Shown here one piece after another: positions 1 to 12,178 of a DNA stretch of 64,000 bases (positions are counted from its first letter, which is position 1; each line of letters begins with the position of its first letter). The DNA is taken from NCBI GenBank assembly GCA_010015805.1, contig ML978132.1, positions 496,001-560,000 of the forward strand. Direction: 5' to 3'. A program made the position numbers and the translations under genes. The notes beneath the pieces were generated by a model. The model saw only the letters and a list, made by a program, of their open reading frames with translations. It did not search any database and was not told the DNA's origin. Origin of the DNA: Rhizodiscina lignyota. Taxonomy: Eukaryota.

Positions 1-2012
1 GCGTGCAACAACTAGCTGCATTAATACACGAGGACATCATCGCGCGAAAGACCAATGTAATGAAAGAAGAAACTTATGAGGTCATCAAATGGCTTGCTCC
101 GGTCAGGTCTGACGAAGCGCACGCGGAGATTTTGCAACATCGCGTGCCTGGCACAGGGAGATGGTTCTTCGACGAGACGTTTGGAGAGTGGTTCATTGAG
201 CCGACAGCAGAAAAGCCAATCTTATGGGTGACCGGAAAATGTAAGAATCCGATATCTTGACTACGGCACACATAGAACTTACACATTCTTTGTTGAAACA
301 GCGGGTTCAGGTAAGACGACGTTGTTGTATGTTACGGTGATGCTTGTATAACACAACATGAGCGCTAACGATCAACCAGCTCAAGCATCGTCCAAGAATT
401 CCAAGTGCAATGCGACGAATTTGAGGATGACCACTGCGCATTCCACTATTGCTCTATGGACAATGCGGCGTCACAAAAACCTGTCAACATCTTCGGCTCG
501 ATACTGGCGCAGGCCGCGGAAGCGAAACCCGAGCTCGTGGACATCATAAAGCCATTTCAGAAGCCAGGCGCTTCCTTGATTGCCCAGAACATGATGACCA
601 TTCAAGAATTGACTGGATTGCTAGAGAAAGCACTTGGGCTGTTCAAGCGTTTCTCCGTGCTGATAGATGCACTTAATGAAACACCACATCAGAGGGTCAT
701 ATTGACGACTCTTCTGAAACTCTGCACCGCGTATCCGGGTCTCAAGGTCATTGTGACATGTACATCGGATCCGGTTGCAGACAAGGAGTCGAGGTCAAGA
801 ATATCTCTGAGGCAAATGAGGATGGCGGATGTAAACGCTGACATTCAAGCATACGTTCGCTACCGGCTGGATACCGAAACGAACTACCAAGCTCTAAGTG
901 ACACTATTCGACATGAGGTAGAAAATATCATGTCATTAGGCGCAAATGGAATGTGAGAATTGACCAATTACTGGAATCTGTTCTCCTCGACAACTAACAT
1001 TAACAGGTTTCGATGGGCGCAGCTATGCATGGACCACCTGGCGATACTTCGAACAGGGAGAGACATTCGCAAGGCTCTTCGTGAGATGCCAACGACCTTG
1101 AATGAAACGTACGTTCGCCTTCTGCAGGGCATACCACTTTCAGACAGGGCCTTTGCTCGTGAAGCTTTGATGTGGCTGTGCTTCTCGCTCCGGCCACTTA
1201 ATCTACTGGAGCTCGGGGAGGCAGTAGTATTACAGGAAGACGACCAAGATCTTGACGCAGATTGCAGACTGGGAAACGACGAAGCCATCTTGCAGATATG
1301 TCAAGGCCTTGTGGATTACAAGCGCGAACGAAAGGAAGTGACTTTAGCACATGACTCCATCCGCTCCTTCTTGACCTCGGGCTGGATCAAGACTTCTGAG
1401 GCAGCGTACTTTGCGCTTAATCCGATCGAAAGTCACAGAACGATTTTACGAAAATGCATAACGTACCTTTCGTTCAAGCCCTTCGCTGCTGGACGAGCTC
1501 CGAACCTGAAAAGTGTCTGGATCTTTGCGTACCCGTTGCTCCCTTACGTTACGCAGTTGTGGCCGATCCACTCCGAAAACTTCACTCTGAATACACAGGA
1601 TGAAGATCTCATTCTCTCATTTTTTGATACCAAGCGTCATCGTAATGGAGGTTGCTTCGATTCTTGGGTCCAGTTTCTCCTGGGGCAGCCTGAGTCCGGC
1701 AAAGTGGAGCAAACTGAACCTTTGTACTACGCTGCTTCTTACGACATGGTCCCCATCGTCAAGCTTCTGCTGAAGCGTGATCCGAATATCAAGATTGATG
1801 CGCCCGGAGGCCGATACGGATCAACACCATTGTTCATCGCGTGCTACCGCGGCAATATAGACTCAGCAAAGCTCCTTGTGGAAGCCGGTGCCAATTGTGA
1901 TGCAGGAGATGAGTCAGGGTGGAGCTGCAGGGAGATGGCTATGGAGCAAGGATTGCATGAGCTTGTGGAATTGATGCCAAAGGTCAATCACAAACGACAA
2001 GATGGCCTTTAA
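1..2012 (+). CDS. NACHT-type NTPase / winged-helix / ankyrin repeat protein (fungal NLR-like), 5' end outside the window
   Basis: RVPGTGRWFF and ILWVTGK, then spliced S-GSGKTTLF Walker A (introns 241-301, 327-379). Walker B-like VLIDALNE; GM|FRWAQL across an intron at ~953-1007; MPTTLNETY; RPLNLLELGEAV; LAHDSIRSFL; C-terminal ankyrins PLYYAA and TPLFIAC. Stop at 2012. Confidence 0.9.
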
Positions 2013-3057
2013 GTCAATTCTTCGACCACCGTCCGATCCCGGCCGTACACTGAAGCAATCAATACCTACGTCCAGCCATACTCCAGCTCCGAGTCCTCCG
2101 TACCGTTATTCTTTGCAGCTTGGGTAATGTTTGACGGAGACTCGCCGCGAATCTTGGACTCTTCAGGATGAAATATTCGGTATGTTCGGCACTTTAGACT
2201 GGCAATTTAGTCTTGATCCAAGGTCCCAAGCGTTGTCACAAGGATGAGGAATCAACGACCTTGCATAAACACTGACTCGCCTTTGCAGCGATGCTTTGTT
2301 GAAACAACATAGATAACTGGGGTATCTTCGAGTCTTGGAATTGAGCTACAGACCTATTTACCTACTTCTATTGCACGGCAACGGTAATCGCTTCAATCGG
2401 TCAAGACCCAGCAATATGAATTCTTGCGAGAAACAGTTCGCCGAACATTATCATTAACCCGGTCAGACACGGTATTCACTGGTCTGAGCGACCGGATTTG
2501 AGTTGCCGATCCTATTTCAGCAAGTCGGGTTCGAAAAGTGGTAACAGACCGAATTGGGCGAGAAAATCAGCTGGGTTCGAGTTTCATATGCCAGGGTCGC
2601 CGTTAAACCTTTACATATTTCCGGGCGGAAACATTTATGACAACAACACTATTTTGCCTGCTCGTTAAATACATCTAGGGGAATAAGCTTGCAGCAAAAG
2701 TGATTAGACAGCACCGTCTATCCAATCTCCGTGTGCGGTTACGTATTTCAGTCTTACATAAGAAATATCCGGAGCACTTAACATTCAAAGCCCTAATCTT
2801 TCGGCACATTAAATATTACTATTACAACAGCCTTGTGTGGGGCCTTGCGGAAGATCTACCCTTTGAGTCCGCGTTCAGCTTCTTATTTGGCATGGATGCG
2901 CTCTTCACACCTATGGAAATGCTGCGGCCGCCAGGGCGCACGGCGCAAAGTGAAGCTTTACGGATGTCATGCCAGTCATGATCTTGAATTTTCTTTATAC
3001 CTCGCAAACTGAGGGTCTTTAAAAGGTAAGATCTCTCTTCTCGCGCGGGTCAATCAG

Positions 3058-4878
3058 ATGGTGCAAACGCTTCTCATCATGCTCTCCGCGGCCATCCTGT
3101 TGCTCTTCCTGACCTATACGACTGCCGACTTCGCCGGTCATGGTCGAGCTCCTCATTCTGAGAGTGCTCCTTCATACATCAATCATGACGAGTCTTCTGT
3201 ATATGACTACGTGATCGTGGGAGGCGGCGTTGCTGGACTGGTGCTCGCTGCACGTCTGTCCGAAGATCCCAAAACGACCGTGGCCCTATTCGAGGCTGGC
3301 CCGGATCCACAGGGCAACGCTGATATTTCGACTCCGTTTCTTGCGGGTGCACTTCAGGGCTCCCAATTTTCATGGAATTTCACGTCCACGCCGCAGCCTA
3401 CCTTGGATGGTGCAGCGCCGGACCTAGCCCAGGGTCACTGCTTCGGCGGTGGAAGCGCCATCAACGTCATGGCATATTGCAGAGGAGCTTCGTCTGTATT
3501 CGACGAGTGGGCCGAGATTTCTGGCATCGAGGGCCTCAGATGGGACAATCTCGTCAACGACTTCCGCATGTCAACTCATCTCGAGATTCCGCCTCAGGAC
3601 CCGCCGTACGAGTTTGTCATAGACAAGGCTGTGTACGATGACGGCAACGTCAGTGTCAGTCAAGAGCGTCAGCTCGTAAAGTTCGAACCATTCTTTTTGG
3701 AGTCGTTCAAAGATGACCCTACCAACCCTGCGAAGATTGTTGATCTCACTAGCGGAAAGACGGGCATTGGCCTCCAGGTCGGGGGTCCACATGCTATTGA
3801 ATCGTCCAATGGTACGCGAAGTTACGCCTTGACTGCGTATGGATTTCAAGTTGCTGGTCGGCCGAATGTTCACCTGAACCATGGTACCTGGGTGCGGAAA
3901 ATCAATTTCAAGGGGAAGACGGCGGAATCAGTTACATACGTCAAGTCTGCTGATGGGTCTGAGCACACCGTACAGGGCAAGGAAATCATCGTCAGCGCTG
4001 GTGCTATTAACACGCCGAAGCTCTTGATGCTCTCTGGCGTCGGCCCAGAAGAGCATTTGAAAGAGCTTAAGATCCCAGTGGTGCAGAATAGTCCGGAAGT
4101 CGGTACTAATTTGGCTGACCATCATAGTGCTGTCGTAATGGTAGAGGTTCCAGATGAGATTGTCAGCAGCGTGCAATTACAGACAAACAAAGTCCTTGCA
4201 GCTTCGGTCCAGGCGGAATATCAAGCCAACGGAACCGGTCCGTTATCTACTCCCGGATCATCCTCGTTCATCGCAGAGCGTGTACCAGATGATGTTCTTG
4301 AGGGCTTCAAGAAAGCTGGCATCAATGTCGATTTCCACCTCAATCTGCCGAAGGATCGCGCACATGTACTTCACCAGTATGCATCAGCACCATTCCAACC
4401 AGACCCGCAGAATCTGAACGTCGTCTCTGCTTTCGTGGCATTGATCCAGCCCGAGGCAACAGGATACATGAGATTGAACTCATCGGATTACAGAGTCAAC
4501 CCTCTGATCTTTTCCAATTACTTCGGCTCGGAGGGCGACATGGCTGTTTTCACATACGCATACAAGAGACTCCTCTCGAAGATGCGGTCCCAACCGATAA
4601 AGCAGGTGGTTCTGAGTGAAGTATACCCCGGAACGAACACCACATCCGACGAAGACATCAAGAAGGCCATCGACAACAGCGCCAGATCCTTCCATCATCC
4701 AGCTGGGTCGGTCTCACTTGGAAAGGCGCTTGACTCGTCGTTCAGATTGAAGGGACTCCAAGGCATCCGCGTTATTGATTCGAGTGCGGTTCCGGTTCTC
4801 CCAACTTGCCACTTGCAAGCTTCGGTATATGCGCTGGCAGAATTTGCTGCCAAGATGCTAAAGAGCGAGAAATATTGA
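3058..4878 (+). CDS. Secreted GMC oxidoreductase (AA3_2-like; glucose/aryl-alcohol oxidase-dehydrogenase group)
   Basis: Intronless 606-aa ORF with hydrophobic signal peptide. FAD motif DYVIVGGGVAGLVLAARLSE, GGGSAIN, SAGAINTPKLLMLSGVG, and C-terminal active-site His pair (SFHHPAG ... PTCHLQA). Confidence 0.93.
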   Translation: MVQTLLIMLSAAILLLFLTYTTADFAGHGRAPHSESAPSYINHDESSVYDYVIVGGGVAGLVLAARLSEDPKTTVALFEAGPDPQGNADISTPFLAGALQGSQFSWNFTSTPQPTLDGAAPDLAQGHCFGGGSAINVMAYCRGASSVFDEWAEISGIEGLRWDNLVNDFRMSTHLEIPPQDPPYEFVIDKAVYDDGNVSVSQERQLVKFEPFFLESFKDDPTNPAKIVDLTSGKTGIGLQVGGPHAIESSNGTRSYALTAYGFQVAGRPNVHLNHGTWVRKINFKGKTAESVTYVKSADGSEHTVQGKEIIVSAGAINTPKLLMLSGVGPEEHLKELKIPVVQNSPEVGTNLADHHSAVVMVEVPDEIVSSVQLQTNKVLAASVQAEYQANGTGPLSTPGSSSFIAERVPDDVLEGFKKAGINVDFHLNLPKDRAHVLHQYASAPFQPDPQNLNVVSAFVALIQPEATGYMRLNSSDYRVNPLIFSNYFGSEGDMAVFTYAYKRLLSKMRSQPIKQVVLSEVYPGTNTTSDEDIKKAIDNSARSFHHPAGSVSLGKALDSSFRLKGLQGIRVIDSSAVPVLPTCHLQASVYALAEFAAKMLKSEKY

Positions 4879-4938
4879 GCATGTAAAATAGGGTTCGGAA
4901 AGAGATGCACGCGGTAATAGACGAAGTATTGAATCAAG

Positions 4939-6319
4939 TCATACTTTCCCGTCATACACAGCATTCATAATCTTGCGCCACACCTCAAGCTCACCTGGCT
5001 CTGTTCCATGTCAGCATCACATTCAAAACAGAATCTTCGAAATATTGGCTTACCCCAGAACGGCAGTACCTGGCCACCAACAACACCAGCAACTCCGTTC
5101 TTTCTATCAACCCACCAATACGTATTCTGAATTCCCGCCCACCAAACAATAGTATCTTCCGCGTCTGGATCACCCGTTTTTCCTGCCGCAGCTCCTTGAG
5201 ACGGCGCCTTCCTCCCTTCCTTCTCCAATACACCCGCATATCCCCAAGCTCGCTCTTTCCCTTCCATTCCGGGCATGACGAAATCATCAATCACGTTTGC
5301 AAGAATCGGCTGCGGCGTTCTCATGCCAGGATGTTTAGTCTTCTTGTACATGGGAACCTCTTGGCTCAACATCGTGCGTATGGTCTCGGGCTTGAGGATT
5401 TGCGCTCCGGTCTTTGGGCCAGTGCCGTTGTTCAAGATCATCGCAAGCAATTTGACATACTCTGCAGGAGAGCCCCAAAGTGAACCACCGCCTAGTGTTT
5501 GCGCTTCTTCTGTTGTGACATGCATCGTATAGTGCTGTGGGACGGTGATGTGAGCACCGGAGGCTTTATCGCGGATGTGCTGCGACACGAACCGATCCTG
5601 CAGTGGGCCTAATGGGTACGCAGTTACGTCTTTTATGTCAAGCGGCTGGAAAATGTTCTTTTGATTGTAGTCGTTGAGTTTCATGCCGGTGATGCATTCG
5701 ATCACGATACCGAGCCAGTCGATGGCGGTCTGTACGGGGTAAGTGTTTAATATGTGCCGCTTGCTGATTTGCTACAAAAACTCACTCCGTACACCCAGTC
5801 CGTCCCAGGCTGGAATAGCAACGGTACGGCAAGGTCCTTGACCAGCCCGGAAGTCTCGAAATGGTCTTCTGGCAGTAGTCTGAAGATGCGGTCGTCAAGT
5901 AATCGATAAGCAAAGCCTGCCGTATGGCTTATCAGAATCTTCGGCGTGATCTTCTTCACCTTCTTCTCAAGAACTGGCTTTCCATCTTTGTCGAATTCCT
6001 TCAACACTGGCAAGTCTGCAATCTCCGGAACCAATCTTTCCACAATATCCTCGTCATCAAGGTCGAGTTTCCCTTGCTCGATGAGCTGGTATGCTGCAAC
6101 GATGGTTGAAATCTTAGTCGCGGAGGCAAACCAATGCAGGTCGTCCGTTTTCAATGGTATATCGGGCTTGTCTGTCCCCACAACTCCTGCTACATCGTTA
6201 AATATGAGGTCGCCTTCTCGATTGATTATCGCGGCGGCATAATTGGGCAGTTTAGGGACACCAGATGAAACGGCGTCGTTCAGTACTGTGGGGATATCAG
6301 CACGGGTAATCAGATCCAT
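4939..6319 (-). CDS. Beta-lactamase-family serine hydrolase / transesterase (EstB/LovD-like)
   Basis: SxxK motif FASATK, LISHTAG, PLLFQPGTDWVYG|TAIDWLG (intron 5785-5730), LGGGSLWGS, WWAGIQNTYWWVDR. A last intron (~5052-5000) gives a C-terminus ...YDGKV* with stop at 4939-4941. Confidence 0.88.
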
Positions 6320-7584
6320 AAAAATGGGGCTGGATTATGTTTATTTGCTGCTCGTACCGTTTCGAATCGTATCGGCTGTTTCTTGAGAAATCTGGAATGC
6401 CATACTGTCAATATTTGGCGGTGAGTATTTGTGTTTGTCGAAAACGCGGAGCTGGTGCGGCACTAAAGATTTAAGAAGATCATATCGCACGAGAAAATGA
6501 TTGAAGTATGTCCGGACGGAGATCCACGGTATTCATTGCAATTGCCGCCGTGTGAACTTGTGACCTTAGCTCCTGCATAAGCTATCCATTAGCTGAAATG
6601 GATAGTGCATCGGAATTGATATGGAGAATGGACAAGGGTGACATGAGTCGGCTTATCGGAACGGTTCCGACCCCAGATTCCGCTACACGCTTGTCAGCAC
6701 TGTATGCAGGAAGACATTCAATTAGGAATACGGGGCCCTGAGTATGTTTCGTTGCAGTCAAGGTGCGATTGTTCTTTCCAGAGGAGACCAGGAAAGGTGC
6801 AGCGACTATGAATACATACGTCCGCTAGGTCGGCCGCATGTACGTTGTCTCTCTGCAGTATTGCGGGGTCTGTACCGTGTTATCGTTTAGACCACAAAAG
6901 AGAGACCAATCCGGTGCTTGCGTTCATATGCAAACAAATCTAGTGCTGATCTGATCGAGCATCTGCATCCCGCTCCCCGGATCTAAAGGAACGGCTCGTC
7001 CGATAGGCTTTTCCTACCCAAACAAAATGTACGCAGCCCTGTCAGTAGCATTTGGAAAATGGCGTAATCGAGATAGAAAGGCATCAGAGTTAGAAAGTAG
7101 CGAAACCAGGAGTTAGGATTAATTTTTTCTTTGCAGCATCTACGGCGGCGTCTCCTGCGGCATCACACAAGGTAATAATCAATGTCTCCGATGCATGTGT
7201 TCCGGGGAAATAAGGTTTGTCGTGTCCTACAACAGCGACACATGAAGCAATAGTTGCGAAGATGAAATGAGGGGCAGTGAAACACAAGACCTATAGTATG
7301 ACGTGAGCGAAGAGCGCAAGCAGCGAAAAGACTCTGAATTGAAGCAATGGATATGGAACTGCGAAGCTGATTAAACAATCGAAATCGTTTCCTCATCGCA
7401 GCGCCGTCATAGCCCAGAATGGATATCATTTCGCGAACCCGTCATGTCAACCACCTGGAATTATTTTTGCCTTGAATTAGCAATCCAGTGTAGGATGGGC
7501 AGCACTCGCACAGCGTCCCAACCAGTGCTAATCCATCATCACGACCGACGACAACTTCACCTGACGGAGCAGAATCAACAAAGC

Positions 7585-8682
7585 CTAATCACGATAGCGT
7601 ATTCTTCCCTCCCGTATCCGCTGAGGCTGCTCCTGAGAAGCCGCTACCGCAAATGAATTGTCGGGCAGGAGTTTAAGCCAATATGGGCTAACTGAGCTGC
7701 TCATTGGAGGTACCCCCGCGACGGCAAGTGGTCTGTAATCATTCCAACTTTGCGACATAGACGGTCCTTCATGGTATGTTGAATTTCCGTGATCGCTGGT
7801 CAAATTTGACATTGATATCGGCATCCCGGCAACCGCGGGGTCACTCATTGAGAACACGGAGCTATGTGGACTGCAGAAGGCGGTGTGGAATCCTGGGGGA
7901 CACGAACAGGGAGACTGTATCACCGACGTGATGGGAGAAGCAGCCAGAGCATAGTTTTCGTTATTCCAATGCTGAAAACAAGAGGATGCCGAAAGGTCTG
8001 GCTTGCTGGAGTACCAGCCAGGAGAGGAGAGCTCATGAATGATGGCTGTATGCGGCGTCCAGGGAGCCGTGCTTCCACATTCCCAGCAAGAACATGCTGA
8101 AGTGTGCGATGATGATGAAGAATCCGCGGTCGTGAATAATGGTGTTGAATTTGCAGTCCTTGGAAATGGTATCGAGTCAAAGTCTGAAGCCGAAGTGGAA
8201 GATGACATGATCGACATCCGAGCGTTCAAGCTCAGCTCCGAAAGACGCCGCGAGTTCTGCTCAATCAACGCCGCAACACAATCTTCGCAGGAACAAGACT
8301 GGTGGCAGTTGTTGGATGCGACAGATGATGATGGAGTGCAGGTATACCAACTGTGAGGGCTTCCGAGATGGTTATCGCCGTCAGTAGGAAGCAAAGAATT
8401 CTTCTGCCATTCATTGAATGGCAAAACCAAAGGCTCGACATCTTTGTTTTCCTTCCACTCCTCCCAATTGCAACCCACCCCAAGTGCTGGTACGCTCAGT
8501 CGATGGAAGCTCGCGTCTCCCTTCACGCGGGCAAAGCGACCTTCGGGAACGACGAAAAGTGAGCCGAACATGAACCACGGGAAGAGCGGGTGGAATGCAT
8601 CTGCCGGGTAAATGTCGTAGCATTCTTGTTCCAGCTCGAAGAAAGCGTATACGAACCGCGTTGACCGGAAGTGTGATAGAAC
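7585..8682 (-). CDS. Ser/Pro/Cys-rich hypothetical ORF; possibly a terminal exon spliced onto the upstream C78 peptidase
   Basis: Open frame of ~365 codons beginning right after a CATAG (possible acceptor) at 8683; first ATG at 8571. No recognisable domain. Confidence 0.4.
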   Translation of the reverse strand, partial: VLSHFRSTRFVYAFFELEQECYDIYPADAFHPLFPWFMFGSLFVVPEGRFARVKGDASFHRLSVPALGVGCNWEEWKENKDVEPLVLPFNEWQKNSLLPTDGDNHLGSPHSWYTCTPSSSVASNNCHQSCSCEDCVAALIEQNSRRLSELSLNARMSIMSSSTSASDFDSIPFPRTANSTPLFTTADSSSSSHTSACSCWECGSTAPWTPHTAIIHELSSPGWYSSKPDLSASSCFQHWNNENYALAASPITSVIQSPCSCPPGFHTAFCSPHSSVFSMSDPAVAGMPISMSNLTSDHGNSTYHEGPSMSQSWNDYRPLAVAGVPPMSSSVSPYWLKLLPDNSFAVAASQEQPQRIREGRIRYRD

Positions 8683-8791
8683 CTATGCCAGCAAAATAGC
8701 GTTTTAGCAAAAATCATCTTAAAGTTTGCCAGCTAGATAACTATGCTGCCGATTATGTCTGTGCATGGGCTGCGAGGTCGAGGTAAGGTTT

Positions 8792-10427
8792 TCATACGTC
8801 CCAAGTAGGAAATCGAGGAGGATAACCAGTAAGTTTGAATATTTCGAAACTGTCGTATCGGGCCAAATTTTTGGGCCACCTCCGGCAGGATTCCATTGCC
8901 ATGGAATGCGGTAGAGAAATGTCCGACCGTCCTAAGAGCTTTACCAGCGCAGGAGTAGTCTTGTACATTGGATCGAATACAACGAGATTTCGTGAGCCAT
9001 TGCGCCTTTTTTCTAGTCCAACTATGGTGAGAGAGTGTTGTGGCCGCTGGAGATAAATCGGTGGGAGGCCAGTCCGGTGAACTTTGGTCTTCTTGTCCTC
9101 CTCCTGGTCTGGCACAGCGCTTGTGAAGTACGATTCGACGTTATCAAGCAAATTCTCGTATGCCTTGTGACCGTCGTTCATGTCGTGGAAGCTCTCGCTA
9201 GTGCAGGGAATATCAAGACTGCGAAACAACGCAAAGACCTTTGGCAGTTAGCATCAATATAGTAGAGGCTGGGTATGAATGCCGAAGTACCTCTGGTGTT
9301 CCAATATATTTTCTCGTGCCTTTAATCCCACCAGTCTGTTGCCGAGCGAAGGCACCAATCCCCTTGTCCCAGGCCTGTTCAATGGCGTCTTGTAGTTTTG
9401 GTATGCCTGGCGTACGTCCCGTGAATTTGTCATAGCCCGGTGCCTTTGCGCCTTGAAGGTAGGAGACCAGCATCTGAATGTTTCGATATCCGCAGAAGCC
9501 ACCCTCATTTGGGGAGGAGAAGATGTGCAATACCGCTGGGTTGCAGTAGAAAGCTTCGTGGACATCCCGGTCGCTGGATGACAGTTGAGCAAGCACTGGT
9601 ACAAGTCCAGCCGTCTCATTCTCAACGGTCTCTTGGGTTATGAGCGTGCCGTTGCGACTTATCTTCGTTGTCTTGGTTATCTTTGGCCCGGCCATAAGCT
9701 GCTTCCATAGCCGATCAGGCATCCGCTCTTCGAAGGCATGTGGACCGAGCTCCCGTTTCTGAAGTATACATGAGTCTGGGTTTTGACAGTCGTTAGTGGG
9801 AAGGTGTAAACTTACGCCAAGTCTCACTGGACGCTCGTCGTGGTCCCTCCTTGCTCTTTTCCTGCGACGGGAGTCTTCTTCCCTGTCCCTTTTGGACTTT
9901 GAAGGTGTATCCATAGATTCTGTCGATTCTCCAGGAGAGTCGTAGACTGCATGACGAAGGTACGGCGAAACGGCTGTAGAAAAGTGCTTCTGAATGAAAG
10001 CCGGCGAAGAAGTGTGCTCCGGGTCAGCGCCCTCCAACATAGAAGACTGCCACTTCATTTTCGCTTTGAGCATATCAGAGGATGAGGATATCGATGAAGA
10101 ATGATGAACAGAAGAAGAGTCGTGCTGCTCTTCAAGAGTGACACGCTCTGCGAGATGCAGATCGAGGTGCTCGTTGAGATCAGAAAGAAGAACTTGTTCG
10201 CCGCAGTCTGACTCTGGGCAGTCAACATACTGCTCAGAGAGGTCATCGCGATCCATTTGTTGATTGGGAGGCTGAAGTAGTTGCGACTCATCCCCATTGG
10301 CAGCAGCTGCACCGCGTGAAACAAACGGAGAGTCGTCGGTGTGCAGCTCTTCAATATGAAGCATCAGAAAGTATTCATCCGCATCATTGAAGTCGCAGAA
10401 AGGACAGCTGAGCGTATTGGGAGCCAT
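8792..10427 (-). CDS. Peptidase C78 family deubiquitinase (ZUP1/ZUFSP/Mug105-like) with N-terminal C2H2/UBZ-like zinc fingers
   Basis: Start MAPNTLSCPFCDF...HIEELH; second finger CPESDC...HLDLH. Catalytic Cys box GGFCGYRNIQML, KYIGTPE, His box HSLTIVG, VFDP. Two introns (~9813-9759, ~9290-9239). Confidence 0.88.
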
Positions 10428-11079
10428 CTTTCTGTGTGACGATGGAAGATATGAGTGTGGATGTTGGGTGATTAATTCGGTGGTGTATGAAGTAGGGGAC
10501 ACAACGTTGAGTCTGGGCGGCAGTTTGATCTCTTGATGCCTGCGTTGCACATGATCGATGCTTTCAACCTTTGTTCTGGCTGTATGACGCAAATGCAACG
10601 CAAAGCAAAATGTTTGGAGATGGAAGGTTGAGGCTGATGCTGGAAATGTAAAGCGTCGTCGTCACGCTTGCCGAAAACGGAAGCGAGCGAAATGTTGGAA
10701 GTCACACCGGTGAGGCTTCGTTGGGCAAGTATATCGCTTTGTTGTTTCAGGGCGCTTTAACCGCTCAGTCACATCTCCACAGGAGCAAGTGATATGCCAG
10801 AGTCCACCGCACCACGCATATTACATTGACTTTGCGAGGACGGACACGTGGTTTGTCTTGGAATTAGGGTTAGCCCACGGAGCATTCTATCGATGGAGTT
10901 TACGATATCTATACCGATCATATTCGGATTAGTGTCAAAATTTCGCGGCGGAAATGCCAAGATCGGTTGGCGCTAATCTCAATAAAGTACGTGTAAACTT
11001 CGCTGCCAGAGTTTCGGAAAGCTCCGTATGGTTGGCCTCGGAAAACTCCGGCACTGAATGACGCCAAGACTTCTTGCTG

Positions 11080-11087
11080 TATAAATA
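11080..11087 (+). promoter_or_regulatory. Candidate TATA box
   Basis: TATAAATA followed by a CT-rich leader and an ATG at 11130. Confidence 0.35.
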
Positions 11088-11184
11088 CACCAATCTCTCC
11101 TCTTTTTCTCCAGCTCTACCCCATCACTCATGCCAATTCCCTTTTCCTTCAGTCCAGCCACTGCCCATCCTCTCGTATCTCCTT

Positions 11185-11476
11185 TCTCACTTCTAGGTTG
11201 CGCTTTGCGGTTTGGCGAGTCCAATTCCACAAGGATGAGCTTGAGGCGTCTATTACGTACTGAGTTTTAGACGAAGCTTGCCACCTTCGATGAGGACAAA
11301 CCTGCTGCCGCGTATCCTTTCTCTTTGTCTCCCCCCCATCTCTCTCTTCCAGGTTGCGCTTTGCGGTTTGGCGAGTCCAATTCCACAAGGATGAGCTTGA
11401 GGCGTCTATTTGGACGAAGCTTGCCACCTTCGATGCGGACAAACCTGCTGCGGCGTATCCTCTCTCTTTGTCTCCT
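11185..11476. repeat. Near-perfect tandem duplication, two copies of ~145-155 bp
   Basis: AGGTTGCGCTTTGCGGTTTGGCGAGTCCAATTCCACAAGGATGAGCTTGAGGCGTCTATT at 11195 and 11351; GACGAAGCTTGCCACCTTCGATG.GGACAAACCTGCTGC.GCGTATCCT at 11270 and 11413. Confidence 0.95.
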
Positions 11477-12178
11477 ATCCACTGCCCCCTTTGGCTTTGA
11501 GAAGATGGTGGAGATGCTGCCGCTAGGCTTTCGACGTTCGTGTCGCCGGTATTTGCACTACCTCCGGCTTGACGCGAACACACTTCATGCTTTCAATTAT
11601 TTTTTTTCATTAAGTGCTCTCTGCCTTGTGCGGGGGCTTGACGAAGAGGATGGTCCATGTAAGAGCGCCAGCTTGACTGTCGCGCTTTGAGCAGTTGCCC
11701 ACCAAGAGGCTGCTTTTCATCGAGTGAATTCTGGTGTTTCCCTGACTACGCGCTACCTGAGCTCTGCCTCTTCCCGCTGTGAAAGTGAGACCCTTGAAAC
11801 ATTGACGTGAACTGAAATACATCCTCCATCAGTAAATAAACTACGCGAGGAACGGTCTCGTTGTTTACGTGAAGCAAGGCGTGCGCCGCTGATCAGCGGC
11901 AGAACTCTGCAGTCACTTGAGCATACAAAATTTCAACTGCCATCGAATTTTTCAGCTCTGACCCACGCCCATTCTGCATGCCCTCTTCGGCAAAGGGAGT
12001 GTTCACACTACGGATGTGGCTGCCTAGCGCTGTTCCAGTCAACACTCGGTCAAAATCTTGACCAACGCCTCTTCAAAGCTTCCGCACCTCACAAAAACGC
12101 TGGCACCAGACTCATCAACCCAGCTATCTCCATTCTCGTACCTTCCTCCTGTCCTTGAGGACGAGTCTTTCAATTATC

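Noticed and set aside
2520..2590. tRNA-like GGTTCGA motifs (also near 62020)
   Set aside because: No cloverleaf stems or A-box could be built around them.
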